A stretch of 64,000 bases of DNA, from the IMG/VR virus record IMGVR_UViG_3300028027_000001. One strand, given 5' to 3'. A program made the position numbers and the translations under genes. Below the pieces are notes generated by a model. That model made no database searches. It was not told the DNA's origin and worked only from the letters and a program-made list of their open reading frames with translations. Shown here piece by piece: positions 48,366 through 57,754 of the stretch. Every line of letters begins with the position of its first letter. Position 1 is the first letter of the stretch. Source of the DNA: a virus.

Positions 48366-49268
48366 CTAGTCAAAGCTGAAGAAATCATCGATAAATGCAT
48401 TCAATTTGAGGTCCCAACCAATATCTGAGTATAAGGTTTGGAGTTTGTTTCGCATAATTGAATCAAATAGGCCCTCACGGTCAATATATTTGTTTATGAT
48501 TTCAATAATTTCTGGGGGATCGTTATAGCCATTAAATCCAATTACATCTATTTTATACGGGTTTGGTTTAAGCTGTGCATAATACATTTTATCACCCAAG
48601 GAAAACTCAGGGTATTTTGCTGATTGTTTCTTAAATCGGATAAAGTCGTTATATAATGATGCTGCTCTTGTATTAACGGGGCATTTTTTCTTGAGGGTGG
48701 AAAATAATTCACCAGGCATTGGTGGGCGCTCAATATACTCCCCTAGTTTTTTAAGTCCGGTTGGTTTGAGTAGATGCTTCCAATCTATGGTGTTTAACGA
48801 CGCTTTGAATTCGAGTACATCTTTGTCTATATCTTCTTTCGATTTACCAAACAATATATCCTTGATTACCTTCTCTCCAAAGTTACGGAATATAGGGGGA
48901 AAGTTTGATTTTATCAAATCTAACCCTTTAGTATCTAATTCTTCAACTTTTACACCTTCTTTATCTATAATGTACTGGGCGTATCTTCGTTTACCTGACC
49001 AGTATACTCTTTTTATTATGTATTCAGGTTTAAGGTCTAGGTAATGTTCCTTTGAGTTAAAGCATCTAGATGCTATGTTGTTTTGGAAATCATTTAATTT
49101 ATCACCTATTGATAGTTGGAGTTTCTTTACCTCTTCAATAATGATTTCATCTGGGGTATTATCATAGTCGGGAAGTCTGTGTCTCAGTATTGATTCTAAT
49201 CCAATAATAAGGGAATCGGTGTCACTACCTCTAACATGGGTATTAATTTCTTCTACATTAAACTGCAT
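48366..49268 (-). CDS. family B DNA polymerase, C-terminal piece
   Basis: Motif C SDTDS, KRRYA, TKGLD..KS. Confidence 0.92.
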   Translation of the reverse strand: MQFNVEEINTHVRGSDTDSLIIGLESILRHRLPDYDNTPDEIIIEEVKKLQLSIGDKLNDFQNNIASRCFNSKEHYLDLKPEYIIKRVYWSGKRRYAQYIIDKEGVKVEELDTKGLDLIKSNFPPIFRNFGEKVIKDILFGKSKEDIDKDVLEFKASLNTIDWKHLLKPTGLKKLGEYIERPPMPGELFSTLKKKCPVNTRAASLYNDFIRFKKQSAKYPEFSLGDKMYYAQLKPNPYKIDVIGFNGYNDPPEIIEIINKYIDREGLFDSIMRNKLQTLYSDIGWDLKLNAFIDDFFSFD

Positions 49269-50179
49269 GGGATTATTTTTTCTAGTATATAATTTATATC
49301 ATTAAATTGCATATATGATATTCTAATCAAATTTATTTTATTTAACTCACAATATTTATTCTTAACTTGATCTAAATATTTTGCTTTTTCAAATGACTTT
49401 TTCCCTCCAAAAAATTTAACAGGTTTATAATGCAATTCCCCATCAAATTCTATACATAAGTTCAAATGAGGGATATAAAAATCAAATCTCAAAACTGCAT
49501 TAGTTTCAGGATTTCTACAATCATCAAATGTCTTTTGGGCAATATACGAAATATTTTTTGTTTTTAAAAATAATTCTATAGATTCCTCTCCTTTACTCCA
49601 ACTACACCTAGGACATCGTTGCCCTTGTAGGTGGTTTGAAAGTTGTTGATTAAACCATCCGTGTTGGGGGCATTTTATTTTAAATTTATTATCAAAATAC
49701 CCAACATAAGAATCCCAATCGTATTCATATCCTAAATTTAAATCGTTAACTCTTGATTTTAAATCATCTAAAGGTATTGGTTTTCTATGGTTTTTACATT
49801 TAGGGCATCTCTGTTTCCCATGAACGTGATTTGTCCACAACATTTCAAACAGTCCATGTTCCTTGCATATTATAGAAACCTTATCCATTGTCTGAAAATC
49901 TGATGTTATTAAAGAATAATCATACAGCCCATCATGGATGTGATTGGCTGTTCTAATTTTATCTTCATATGTGTGGTTTTTTCCAACACATTTTGGGCAT
50001 TTAGATTTTTTTGCAATATGGTTGTCTAAAGATACTTCCCACACCCCGTGGATTGAGCATATTATTGGGTATTTTTCCATAACCCCCCTATATTCTTTTA
50101 TTAGGGAATAATCATATTTATCCCCATGCACATTTTTTGATTTTTGAATAGCTTCTTCTAATGTTAATCGTTTTCCCAT
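49253..50179 (-). CDS. free-standing endonuclease (CxxHG/CPxC repeats plus Vsr/DUF559-like domain)
   Basis: Three C-xx-HG..H....CPxC repeats; SKGE, FDFYIP, IEFDGELH. Confidence 0.82.
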   Translation of the reverse strand: MGKRLTLEEAIQKSKNVHGDKYDYSLIKEYRGVMEKYPIICSIHGVWEVSLDNHIAKKSKCPKCVGKNHTYEDKIRTANHIHDGLYDYSLITSDFQTMDKVSIICKEHGLFEMLWTNHVHGKQRCPKCKNHRKPIPLDDLKSRVNDLNLGYEYDWDSYVGYFDNKFKIKCPQHGWFNQQLSNHLQGQRCPRCSWSKGEESIELFLKTKNISYIAQKTFDDCRNPETNAVLRFDFYIPHLNLCIEFDGELHYKPVKFFGGKKSFEKAKYLDQVKNKYCELNKINLIRISYMQFNDINYILEKIIPCSLM

Positions 50180-50220
50180 GTGTGGCGTTTTAATGTCTTG
50201 TACGGTTATACATATTAACA

Positions 50221-52068
50221 TTATTTGTTAAGATATTCACTTTCAATTAATTTATTAGCATAACGAATAGTTTCTTGTATACTTCTTTGTCCGAATGTGG
50301 TAATAGCGGATGAACACATTTTGTATCCGTCTGTGTATCGCCATGAATTAATTGCGAAACAACCATAAACACTGTTCAATAGGATTTTTATGGAATGTTG
50401 TTTTTGATTATATAATTTCCCTTTATCTACATCCCCCGAGTTATATGCATCTTTCATTATTTTTTTATATTCTTGTCTAAGCCTAAACCAATCGGATAAT
50501 AATTCAGAGACAATACTGGTTTTACTAGTATCAAACATAACACCATTAGCTGAAATTGTCCAGTTATTTTTTTCAATCAGTGCTAACAGGTCTTTTACTG
50601 TTATTTTACCTTGCTTTAACTTATATGACCTTCTATCTAATTTTTCTACTGTTAATATTTTGTCTGGGTCTTCTTCTTTAAGTTCTTCAAAACTGCACCA
50701 ACAATTATAATTAGGGTTTGGTACTACGATTCTTCCCTTCATGGTTTCAACACCTAAATTTAATGATCTAATAATAGATGGGTATAGGGAAGCATAGTCG
50801 GCATTAATTAACCAACTGTGAAGCCCAACCATTGGGGGGAGTAAATAACCACCAGCATATCCGTCTTTTCTTTTAACAGTTCGAAGATTTCTTTGTATAA
50901 AAGAACCTGATATTGTTTTAACTATAATATTGTTTCCTTCAATACTATGGATATGACCTTCGATTGTTGGAGTACCACGTTGATGAACTACCAAATCACC
51001 TACTTCTATCTCACGTATGCTGGGATTAGTGGTGGTTGGTTTATTTGGGGAGATTATACCCTTTCTCTTTAAGTAAGTCAAAATGGCTCCTTCATTTAAA
51101 ATTGTATTATAATATATAGATTCATAAGGCGTATGACATAAATGTGAAATCAATATGGTTAACTCGATAAATTTCAGTTTATCCTCTAACGCTTCCAATA
51201 TTTCAACATCTCGAATGTTGTAATCTATATATTTGTTTGGATCTTCTCTGAACAATGTGTCAAGATTACCATCATATTCAATTTTACCTAGTTTGGCATA
51301 TTTGATGCCAATATCCCCCAGTTTATACGACGGTTCTTCCTTCATGATGTACTTCTTAAGCAACAACATAAAGTCCAAACAGTTAACTAAACCAATACGA
51401 ATTGGGGAATTGGGGTTATTTATGTTTTCATCGATTTTACCAATTGGAGATAAACGATATACTTCATCACCTAAACGTTTTTTAATACGATAATACAAAT
51501 AGGGCATATCGAAGAAATCACTGTTGAAACCAACACAAATAGTCGGATCCATCTGTTCCCACTTGCTTAAGAATTTACGTAACAACGTGTTTTCATCTAC
51601 ACATGGGAGTATTGATTTACCGTCTGCTGATATTTCTTCAATTTGATTTTGTTTATCTAAAATGAAACATATCTTTTCCTTAGTAGTAGCATCAATTAAA
51701 GCAATAGCGGTTACTTCAGCATTTGCTTCCCTAATAGTGGTTGGATTTAGTGGCCCAATAATTTCAATCTCAATATCCAGGTATACTAGGTTGTGATATG
51801 AGGGCATGTCATCTGTTTCGTAGTATAAATCACGTAACAAAACCAGTTCCTTATCTATATCGCGCTCCAATATTTTAGGGTCTTTCCAATCATACTTTCC
51901 GTATACTGGGGAGCACTTGTCACCAAATAAAGTGGTGTGTTCTCCATATTCATCTAGTCTATAGACTGTTGGTCTGTATTGGAATTTGGAAATGCCAGAT
52001 TTGTCGTCACGTAAGAAATAATGATACGCGTCTTCTCCGTTACGTGAATAGTATACACTTTGAAACAT
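50221..52068 (-). CDS. family B DNA polymerase, N-terminal piece (exonuclease, motifs A and B)
   Basis: DIE, FNSDFFD, YNIRD, DYASLYPSII, KILLNSVYG. Confidence 0.95.
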   Translation of the reverse strand: MFQSVYYSRNGEDAYHYFLRDDKSGISKFQYRPTVYRLDEYGEHTTLFGDKCSPVYGKYDWKDPKILERDIDKELVLLRDLYYETDDMPSYHNLVYLDIEIEIIGPLNPTTIREANAEVTAIALIDATTKEKICFILDKQNQIEEISADGKSILPCVDENTLLRKFLSKWEQMDPTICVGFNSDFFDMPYLYYRIKKRLGDEVYRLSPIGKIDENINNPNSPIRIGLVNCLDFMLLLKKYIMKEEPSYKLGDIGIKYAKLGKIEYDGNLDTLFREDPNKYIDYNIRDVEILEALEDKLKFIELTILISHLCHTPYESIYYNTILNEGAILTYLKRKGIISPNKPTTTNPSIREIEVGDLVVHQRGTPTIEGHIHSIEGNNIIVKTISGSFIQRNLRTVKRKDGYAGGYLLPPMVGLHSWLINADYASLYPSIIRSLNLGVETMKGRIVVPNPNYNCWCSFEELKEEDPDKILTVEKLDRRSYKLKQGKITVKDLLALIEKNNWTISANGVMFDTSKTSIVSELLSDWFRLRQEYKKIMKDAYNSGDVDKGKLYNQKQHSIKILLNSVYGCFAINSWRYTDGYKMCSSAITTFGQRSIQETIRYANKLIESEYLNK

Positions 52069-52089
52069 AAACTTTATTTTTAATTATTG

Positions 52090-52124
52090 GAATATACAAA
52101 GAAAGCCTGGCGGAGCCAAGCTTT
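52090..52124 (-). repeat. terminator/promoter cassette end, copy 4
   Basis: gaatatacaaagaaagcctggcggagccaagcttt. Confidence 0.85.
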
Positions 52125-52153
52125 CAATAACACAGCAGTAAGAGTTTTACTGG

Positions 52154-52507
52154 TTAAAATAAATGGTCTGGGGAACCAAATGTTATTTGCATTTCCCCAA
52201 TTTTTACATCCATTAATCCAGATTTTACTCCATCCTCAGGATATTCATTTACTAGGTCATCGATTGAAAATGAAGCGTGGATAGTGCCTTCTCCTCCAGT
52301 TGAAGTTGCAACTTCCTTAGAAGTTTGCTCAAATGGAAAAAAAGTACTGTAGTCTACTCCAAAATGTTTGCTTTTTAATTCCATTTTTTCTAAAAATTCA
52401 TCTTTATTTGAATTTAGGTAATTAGCTACATTTCCAATCCTTTCAGCATATTGAGCTTCAGTAATGATACCAGCTAACATTTGCATTCTTAATGATTCTT
52501 TATTCAT
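52154..52507 (-). CDS. cassette cargo protein MNKESLRMQMLAGIITE
   Basis: ORF track; class C promoter 52525. Confidence 0.8.
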   Translation of the reverse strand: MNKESLRMQMLAGIITEAQYAERIGNVANYLNSNKDEFLEKMELKSKHFGVDYSTFFPFEQTSKEVATSTGGEGTIHASFSIDDLVNEYPEDGVKSGLMDVKIGEMQITFGSPDHLF

Positions 52508-52534
52508 ATTTATTTACTTTTATGTATAAATATA

Positions 52535-52768
52535 TTATTTTTTAGCAGTTGTTGTTTTTGCTTTAGGTGCTTCAACGGTTTCCTCAACTGTTTCAACTAC
52601 TGCCTCTACTTTAGCTGGTTTTTCTGCTTTTTCGATTGTAGTTTTAACGTTTGCTAATACTGTTTCTAATTCATCAATTAATGCAATGAATTCGTTGTAT
52701 CTTACGTTTGGTTGAGACCATTCAGTTGTATGTCTCAAATCTGCTAAAATTTGTTGTGCTGTTCTCAT
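52535..52768 (-). CDS. hypothetical protein
   Basis: ORF track. Confidence 0.75.
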   Translation of the reverse strand: MRTAQQILADLRHTTEWSQPNVRYNEFIALIDELETVLANVKTTIEKAEKPAKVEAVVETVEETVEAPKAKTTTAKK

Positions 52769-53326
52769 TTATTTTGTTTTTGAATTAAATTTACTAAGTT
52801 CGTCTTGCGTGAAGAATTGCGTTAAATTTGGCGAGAAATATTTTACGTTTTTCATTACCTTCATATCATCTCGGTAAACCACATAACCTTCACCAACTTT
52901 TTTATAACGGCATGGTCGACCTTGTTGTTCTGAGCGTATTTTAGCAGTTTCAAGAGCATCTTCTTCCGTCATACATATTTTGGATAAATTAGAGGCTTGG
53001 ACTTCAGCATATCCTGCTTCAAATTTGTCCTTTAAACCGAATACTAACGCACCATTTCCAGTACATACATATGTTATATCCAACAACGCGTCAAAAACAC
53101 CTACAATGTCATTAGCAGCAACCGCTTCTTTCAATTCGTCCAGTTCTTCCTGGATAAAATTAATTACGAAGTCAGCATCTGCTGCCTCGATGGTTGGTTC
53201 AGTTCGGTTTTGGTATGACTTACCCATCATGATGTTAAATTCTTCTACTTCACTGATGAATGGAATGTATTTTGATTTGAATAGGTTAGTACTCAAATCT
53301 GCTAGTTTTTTGTATATAGTTTTCAT
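52769..53326 (-). CDS. MazG-like / PRA-PH-type NTP pyrophosphohydrolase
   Basis: EELDEL, DALLDITYV, EVQASNLSK. Confidence 0.85.
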   Translation of the reverse strand: MKTIYKKLADLSTNLFKSKYIPFISEVEEFNIMMGKSYQNRTEPTIEAADADFVINFIQEELDELKEAVAANDIVGVFDALLDITYVCTGNGALVFGLKDKFEAGYAEVQASNLSKICMTEEDALETAKIRSEQQGRPCRYKKVGEGYVVYRDDMKVMKNVKYFSPNLTQFFTQDELSKFNSKTK

Positions 53327-53328
53327 AA

Positions 53329-54039
53329 TTATTTAAATTTGATCATTTCAATTACTTCTTGTTTTGCTGTTTTTTCATGATTAGCAAACACCCCAGATAC
53401 TTCAGATGTAACCATAGATGCACCTTGATGTTTCACCCCTCTACAACTTACACAAGAGTGAGCAGAATCAATCATTACCATCACACCAATATTACCTACA
53501 CAAATTTTAGAGATGGCATTATGTATAGCTACAGTTAATTGTTCTTGGATGGCTCCACGACGGCCAAAATGTTCTACAATGCGATTAAGTTTAGACAAAC
53601 CTACAACGTGTCCGTCTTTCCCAGGAATATATGCTATATGTACGTTTCCTCGAATGGTTTGGTGGTGGTGGGAACACTGGCTGGTTAAGGGGATGTTTTT
53701 TTCTAATACGATTCCATTATATCCGTCGGATGGGAACGAAGTAACGTCTGACATTAATTCGTATCGGCCTTTCCATAAGTCATTTACATAAGCTTTAGCT
53801 ACACGACGTGGGGTATTGTCTGAATTTGGGTCGTCTTGCCACTTACACCCAAGGGCTGTTAAAAACTCCCCATATTTTAATGCCGCGGCATCAATAATTT
53901 GGGATTTTTCTTCATCATTTAATGAACGGTGTTCACCTTTAGCGATTAATTCAGCTAAATAAGTGGAAATACCATTAGCATGTCCTGCTGTTGCAATTTC
54001 GAGTTCCTCTACTTTTACTTTCTTTTCGTTTCTACTCAT
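53329..54039 (-). CDS. folE: GTP cyclohydrolase I
   Basis: TPRRVAK, CSHH, GLSKLNR, QEQLT, HSCVSCRG. Confidence 0.96.
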   Translation of the reverse strand: MSRNEKKVKVEELEIATAGHANGISTYLAELIAKGEHRSLNDEEKSQIIDAAALKYGEFLTALGCKWQDDPNSDNTPRRVAKAYVNDLWKGRYELMSDVTSFPSDGYNGIVLEKNIPLTSQCSHHHQTIRGNVHIAYIPGKDGHVVGLSKLNRIVEHFGRRGAIQEQLTVAIHNAISKICVGNIGVMVMIDSAHSCVSCRGVKHQGASMVTSEVSGVFANHEKTAKQEVIEMIKFK

Positions 54040-54091
54040 ATGTGTTTTTGTTTTTTATGTGAATATACAAATTTGGATTGTTATATCCAAA

Positions 54092-54595
54092 TTAAATTTT
54101 ATAAATTGCGTCTAAATTTCGACAATAACCACCATTATTGTCCATACCATAACCATACACCCATTCTTTATTTACTTCAATCCCATAAATAAATGGACAA
54201 GTTGGTCGTTTACAACGATATCTTTTAAGTAAAGTAACGGCCGTTAACGACGCAGGGTTATGCGATTTTAAGTGAGAATGAACCGCGTTCATAGTATTAC
54301 CCGAGTCAAAGAAGTCATCAACTATATACACATGTTTCCCAGTTAAATCTAACTCGATATCCTTGATTATTTGTAGCTCGGATTGTTCCTGCCCACTATA
54401 TGACTTTACTCGCATAAAATCACATTGGATATTTAAGTCGATTTCGCGTACTAGGTCAGCGAAAAACATAAATCCACCATTTAACAGGCCTACCATCACC
54501 ACATTGTTTAAATCAGGTTGGTGTTTTTTGGTGATAGCATTTCCCATTCTGCGAACGTGGTTTCTTATTACGGTTTTGGATATTATTTGTGACAT
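54092..54595 (-). CDS. hpt: hypoxanthine/guanine phosphoribosyltransferase-like protein
   Basis: LNGGFMFFADL, SY, VYIVDDFFDSGNT, VYGYGMD. Confidence 0.88.
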   Translation of the reverse strand: MSQIISKTVIRNHVRRMGNAITKKHQPDLNNVVMVGLLNGGFMFFADLVREIDLNIQCDFMRVKSYSGQEQSELQIIKDIELDLTGKHVYIVDDFFDSGNTMNAVHSHLKSHNPASLTAVTLLKRYRCKRPTCPFIYGIEVNKEWVYGYGMDNNGGYCRNLDAIYKI

Positions 54596-54616
54596 GGTTG
54601 TGTGTATTTAGTTAAA

Positions 54617-55453
54617 TCAAACATAGCGGTTTTTCCCAAACATGAGGATGTGCAAACGAGGACAAAATCTCCACCCACGCTTAAGTGCTTGTTCAGCTAC
54701 CCACCCTGTTCTTGAGTTTAATGTATTTACATCTACTCCCTCTGGCATTAAGCATATGTCTGATGGTTGGAAGTGTCTAAGTTGAGATAATATACTTTCA
54801 ATCTCCTCAATATCTTGCTCAGTAGCAACAACAAATTTCAATTGGAAGTCGCATTCTCTAAATCTTCGATCATTTATGTATCGTTGTATTACTGTAATAT
54901 CAATACGATCGCGCTCATGACGTTCAGCCCACTTTTGTTTATATTCAACACCGGAATTTTTCAAATTAGCTACCCATGGGGTTGATGATGCTAATTTAGG
55001 TGACATAGACATTAAATCTGAATATCTTGAAATACGATCATCGTATATGGTGGCATTGGTTTCAATGGTAATATGGTAATGTAATTCATGTAATTGTTTA
55101 CATAACTCAGCTAATGCGTCTGTTTGCATAGTAGGTTCACCACCCGAAATAACAACATGGTTAATGTTTTGATCATCTGTATTTTCTAATACGATTTTAA
55201 CGATATCCTCAATTTCCATTTGGTTTTTTTCCGGGTTGTGGCTGGAATATGGGGTGTCGCATAGTGAGCCGTTTCCGTCTAGTCCAACCCATGCACATCT
55301 CAAATTACAAGCAGATGTACGAATGAACAGACATGCGGTTCCTGTTAACTTTCCTTCTCCTTGAAATGTGCCACTATATTGGAATCCAGTGGAGTCCTCA
55401 TTTAGTTTGCCTTTGATTGGGAATATACCCCCATGTACTAAATTTAATTTCAT
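54617..55453 (-). CDS. queE: 7-carboxy-7-deazaguanine synthase (radical SAM)
   Basis: QGEG, FIR..CNLRC...CDT, SGGEP, IETN, SPKL, PRLH. Confidence 0.93.
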   Translation of the reverse strand: MKLNLVHGGIFPIKGKLNEDSTGFQYSGTFQGEGKLTGTACLFIRTSACNLRCAWVGLDGNGSLCDTPYSSHNPEKNQMEIEDIVKIVLENTDDQNINHVVISGGEPTMQTDALAELCKQLHELHYHITIETNATIYDDRISRYSDLMSMSPKLASSTPWVANLKNSGVEYKQKWAERHERDRIDITVIQRYINDRRFRECDFQLKFVVATEQDIEEIESILSQLRHFQPSDICLMPEGVDVNTLNSRTGWVAEQALKRGWRFCPRLHILMFGKNRYV

Positions 55454-55507
55454 ATAACTTATTTTTGGTTAAAGATACAAATGGCTCCTTTTGGAGCCAA
55501 ATGTTTT

Positions 55508-55750
55508 TTAAGATAACATACTCCTCAATTGCCCCTCAGTTAATACACCTGATTTTTTATCAATTGCTCTACCATTTTCTAATACTACTACAGTAGGTAC
55601 TGAGCGGATACCATATTCCGCCACGGTTTGTGGGTCTTGGTCTACGTCTATGAATTTTACTGGGTGGTATTGACTTATAGCATCAATAGTGGGTCTGAAT
55701 GATTTGCATGGGTTGCAAAATGTTCCGTAAAAGTAGATTAGTTGTTTCAT
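55508..55750 (-). CDS. thioredoxin
   Basis: CNPC, IRSVPT. Confidence 0.88.
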   Translation of the reverse strand: MKQLIYFYGTFCNPCKSFRPTIDAISQYHPVKFIDVDQDPQTVAEYGIRSVPTVVVLENGRAIDKKSGVLTEGQLRSMLS

Positions 55751-55840
55751 TTGATTATGTATTTTACAATAAGTGGGTGATGAAATTCGGGATCCCATGA
55801 GGTGGTATACGTCCAAACTGGGTGGATGTTACCATATTGG

Positions 55841-56336
55841 CTAATTGTTTGGGTATCCATATGTATCTTCTTGATATATTGATGAGTTGTTGTCGTTTTC
55901 AAAACATTCCACTTTGATTACTTTACAACGCCCACCATCGGTTTTGGATAGGACATCATTGAATTTGTCGAATACAAGTTTAGCACATGATTCAGCACCC
56001 ATCTTGTCCATAACTCTCAACGCACATAAACCTTCCATGGCCATTGATTCGAAAAAATCTAAATATGGATCATCTTTCTCAATTAACATGGTGTGATCCC
56101 ACATATAATTCATCCATGATTTTAGACCGTTACCCACAGGTGCATCTTTAAACCCTCCATAATCCACGATCCAGTTCATATCGTCCAATTGGTTTTCTTC
56201 AATTGGTTCATTGGATGCAAACCATACTTTGAATTTCAAAGAGTAGCCATGAGTTAGTTGACAGTGACTGTGAGATGCCTTCCATTGTCTCAAGGCAACA
56301 GAATAGTTGTCGAATTTTTTTAGTTGAAATGTACAT
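55841..56336 (-). CDS. queD: 6-carboxytetrahydropterin synthase, with a +1 frameshift in an A7 run near the start
   Basis: C-xx-THGY, WIVDYG, DH, AE, ECFEN; the ATG at 56336 gives MYISTKKFDNYSVALRQW only if one A of 56315-56321 is removed. Confidence 0.88.
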
Positions 56337-56337
56337 A

Positions 56338-57003
56338 TTATTTTGATTTAAAAATTATTTTGATTGAATCATATTTGAATGTTTCTTTAGGGTGGGTAAC
56401 CGACCAATTGGAACAATCCCAAAATATTTTGGAATATACGGAAATAGTATCACCAACAAAATATCCTGGTATAGGTCCCACTATTTTTTTACTCCAGAGC
56501 ATGCCTGATTCTGGTTTATATTCGTCTGCGGGTTGATACATATTACCTTCAAAGTATTTTTTTAAATAAATTCCATATTCGCTAACCATGGGAACCAGGG
56601 TATTTTTGAATTGATCTAAGCGAAGAAAAGTATCTTTTACTGCTATTGGTTTGCCTGTTGGGAATTTATAACTACCGAAGGGTTGGTATAGTGGTAATAT
56701 TATTCCTAAATCTTCTCCAAGTATCCCCAAACACCAGTATGAACTGCAATCAAATGTGGCTTCAATTACAGTTACACCGTTGTATTTGTAGTGGTCGATA
56801 AGATCGGAAGCCTCTACATACATGTTTATTCGATTTGAATTTGAATTGGAATCAATGGGTACCAAATAGTACCCGTTGATATCCCTTTCATAATTCATTG
56901 TTAATTTGGACTGTTTCCCATTTAAAAATGGGTATGGGTCGACTTCTACTTTTTTACAACCCACAGTAGCTAAAATTGCTACTAAATATAACCACGTTTT
57001 CAT
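56338..57003 (-). CDS. putative lipoprotein
   Basis: MKTWLYLVAILATVG-C lipobox; promoter 57029. Confidence 0.7.
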   Translation of the reverse strand: MKTWLYLVAILATVGCKKVEVDPYPFLNGKQSKLTMNYERDINGYYLVPIDSNSNSNRINMYVEASDLIDHYKYNGVTVIEATFDCSSYWCLGILGEDLGIILPLYQPFGSYKFPTGKPIAVKDTFLRLDQFKNTLVPMVSEYGIYLKKYFEGNMYQPADEYKPESGMLWSKKIVGPIPGYFVGDTISVYSKIFWDCSNWSVTHPKETFKYDSIKIIFKSK

Positions 57004-57209
57004 ATAACCTTTATTTTTAATCATGTTGGAATATACGAATTAGCATTTGATTAAACAAGTTCTTCTGCAATTCCTATTATTTCAGATACTACCAAAGCAG
57101 ATACTGCTAAAGGAATGTTTACTAATAAAAGCAAATATCCTACAATGCGTACTCCGGATTTTACGAAGCTAACTAGTTGATGTAATTTTGGATCTGGTTG
57201 TTTCATTGT

Positions 57210-57752
57210 TTATATGCGATTTAAGATTATACTATGCATGTCTCCCAAGTCTGGGTGATGCCACGATATTATGGATTTTCTGGAATATCCTGGTATTTTG
57301 TTTGTTTTGGTTAGTTGGGAGTATATTGGGAAATATCCACTTGAATCTGTACACGATATAGATAGATATTGTGGGTGTTTAGAAGTGGATGCATCTTGTA
57401 TTATTTTATGTATAGTTGAATATATTTTAATTAAATTTTCCCTACCACCTTTGGGTTCGGTTAATGGGATGTCTCCTTTAGGAGTAAAACCAATATCTAA
57501 TATACCACCAACAAATAATGTTTTGGATTTATCACCAGGAAATATAAATCGAATGGGTAATTCGTTTAATACAAATGAATACATAGTGTCACCTGTAGTG
57601 AAATAACCACCGTCTCCTTCATACGTTACCTCAAATGCGTTCTCTGGGTTGAGTGATATTTCTTTTACTACTTGTTTACTTTCAACTAAATAGTGATTTG
57701 GTATGCGGTTTGAAGGTAAAACGGATTGAAGGAGATCGGTAAGTTTAATCAT
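57210..57752 (-). CDS. hypothetical protein (paralogue family), MIKLTDLL leader
   Basis: KIYSTIHKIIQD....PQYLSIS core. Confidence 0.8.
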   Translation of the reverse strand: MIKLTDLLQSVLPSNRIPNHYLVESKQVVKEISLNPENAFEVTYEGDGGYFTTGDTMYSFVLNELPIRFIFPGDKSKTLFVGGILDIGFTPKGDIPLTEPKGGRENLIKIYSTIHKIIQDASTSKHPQYLSISCTDSSGYFPIYSQLTKTNKIPGYSRKSIISWHHPDLGDMHSIILNRI

Positions 57753-57754
57753 GG

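Noticed and set aside
48548-48733. Nested minus-strand 61-aa ORF in polB
   Set aside because: Alternative frame inside a conserved gene with no start signals
49253-50221. Group I intron in polB
   Set aside because: No flanking non-coding space or P7-type core sequences around the endonuclease
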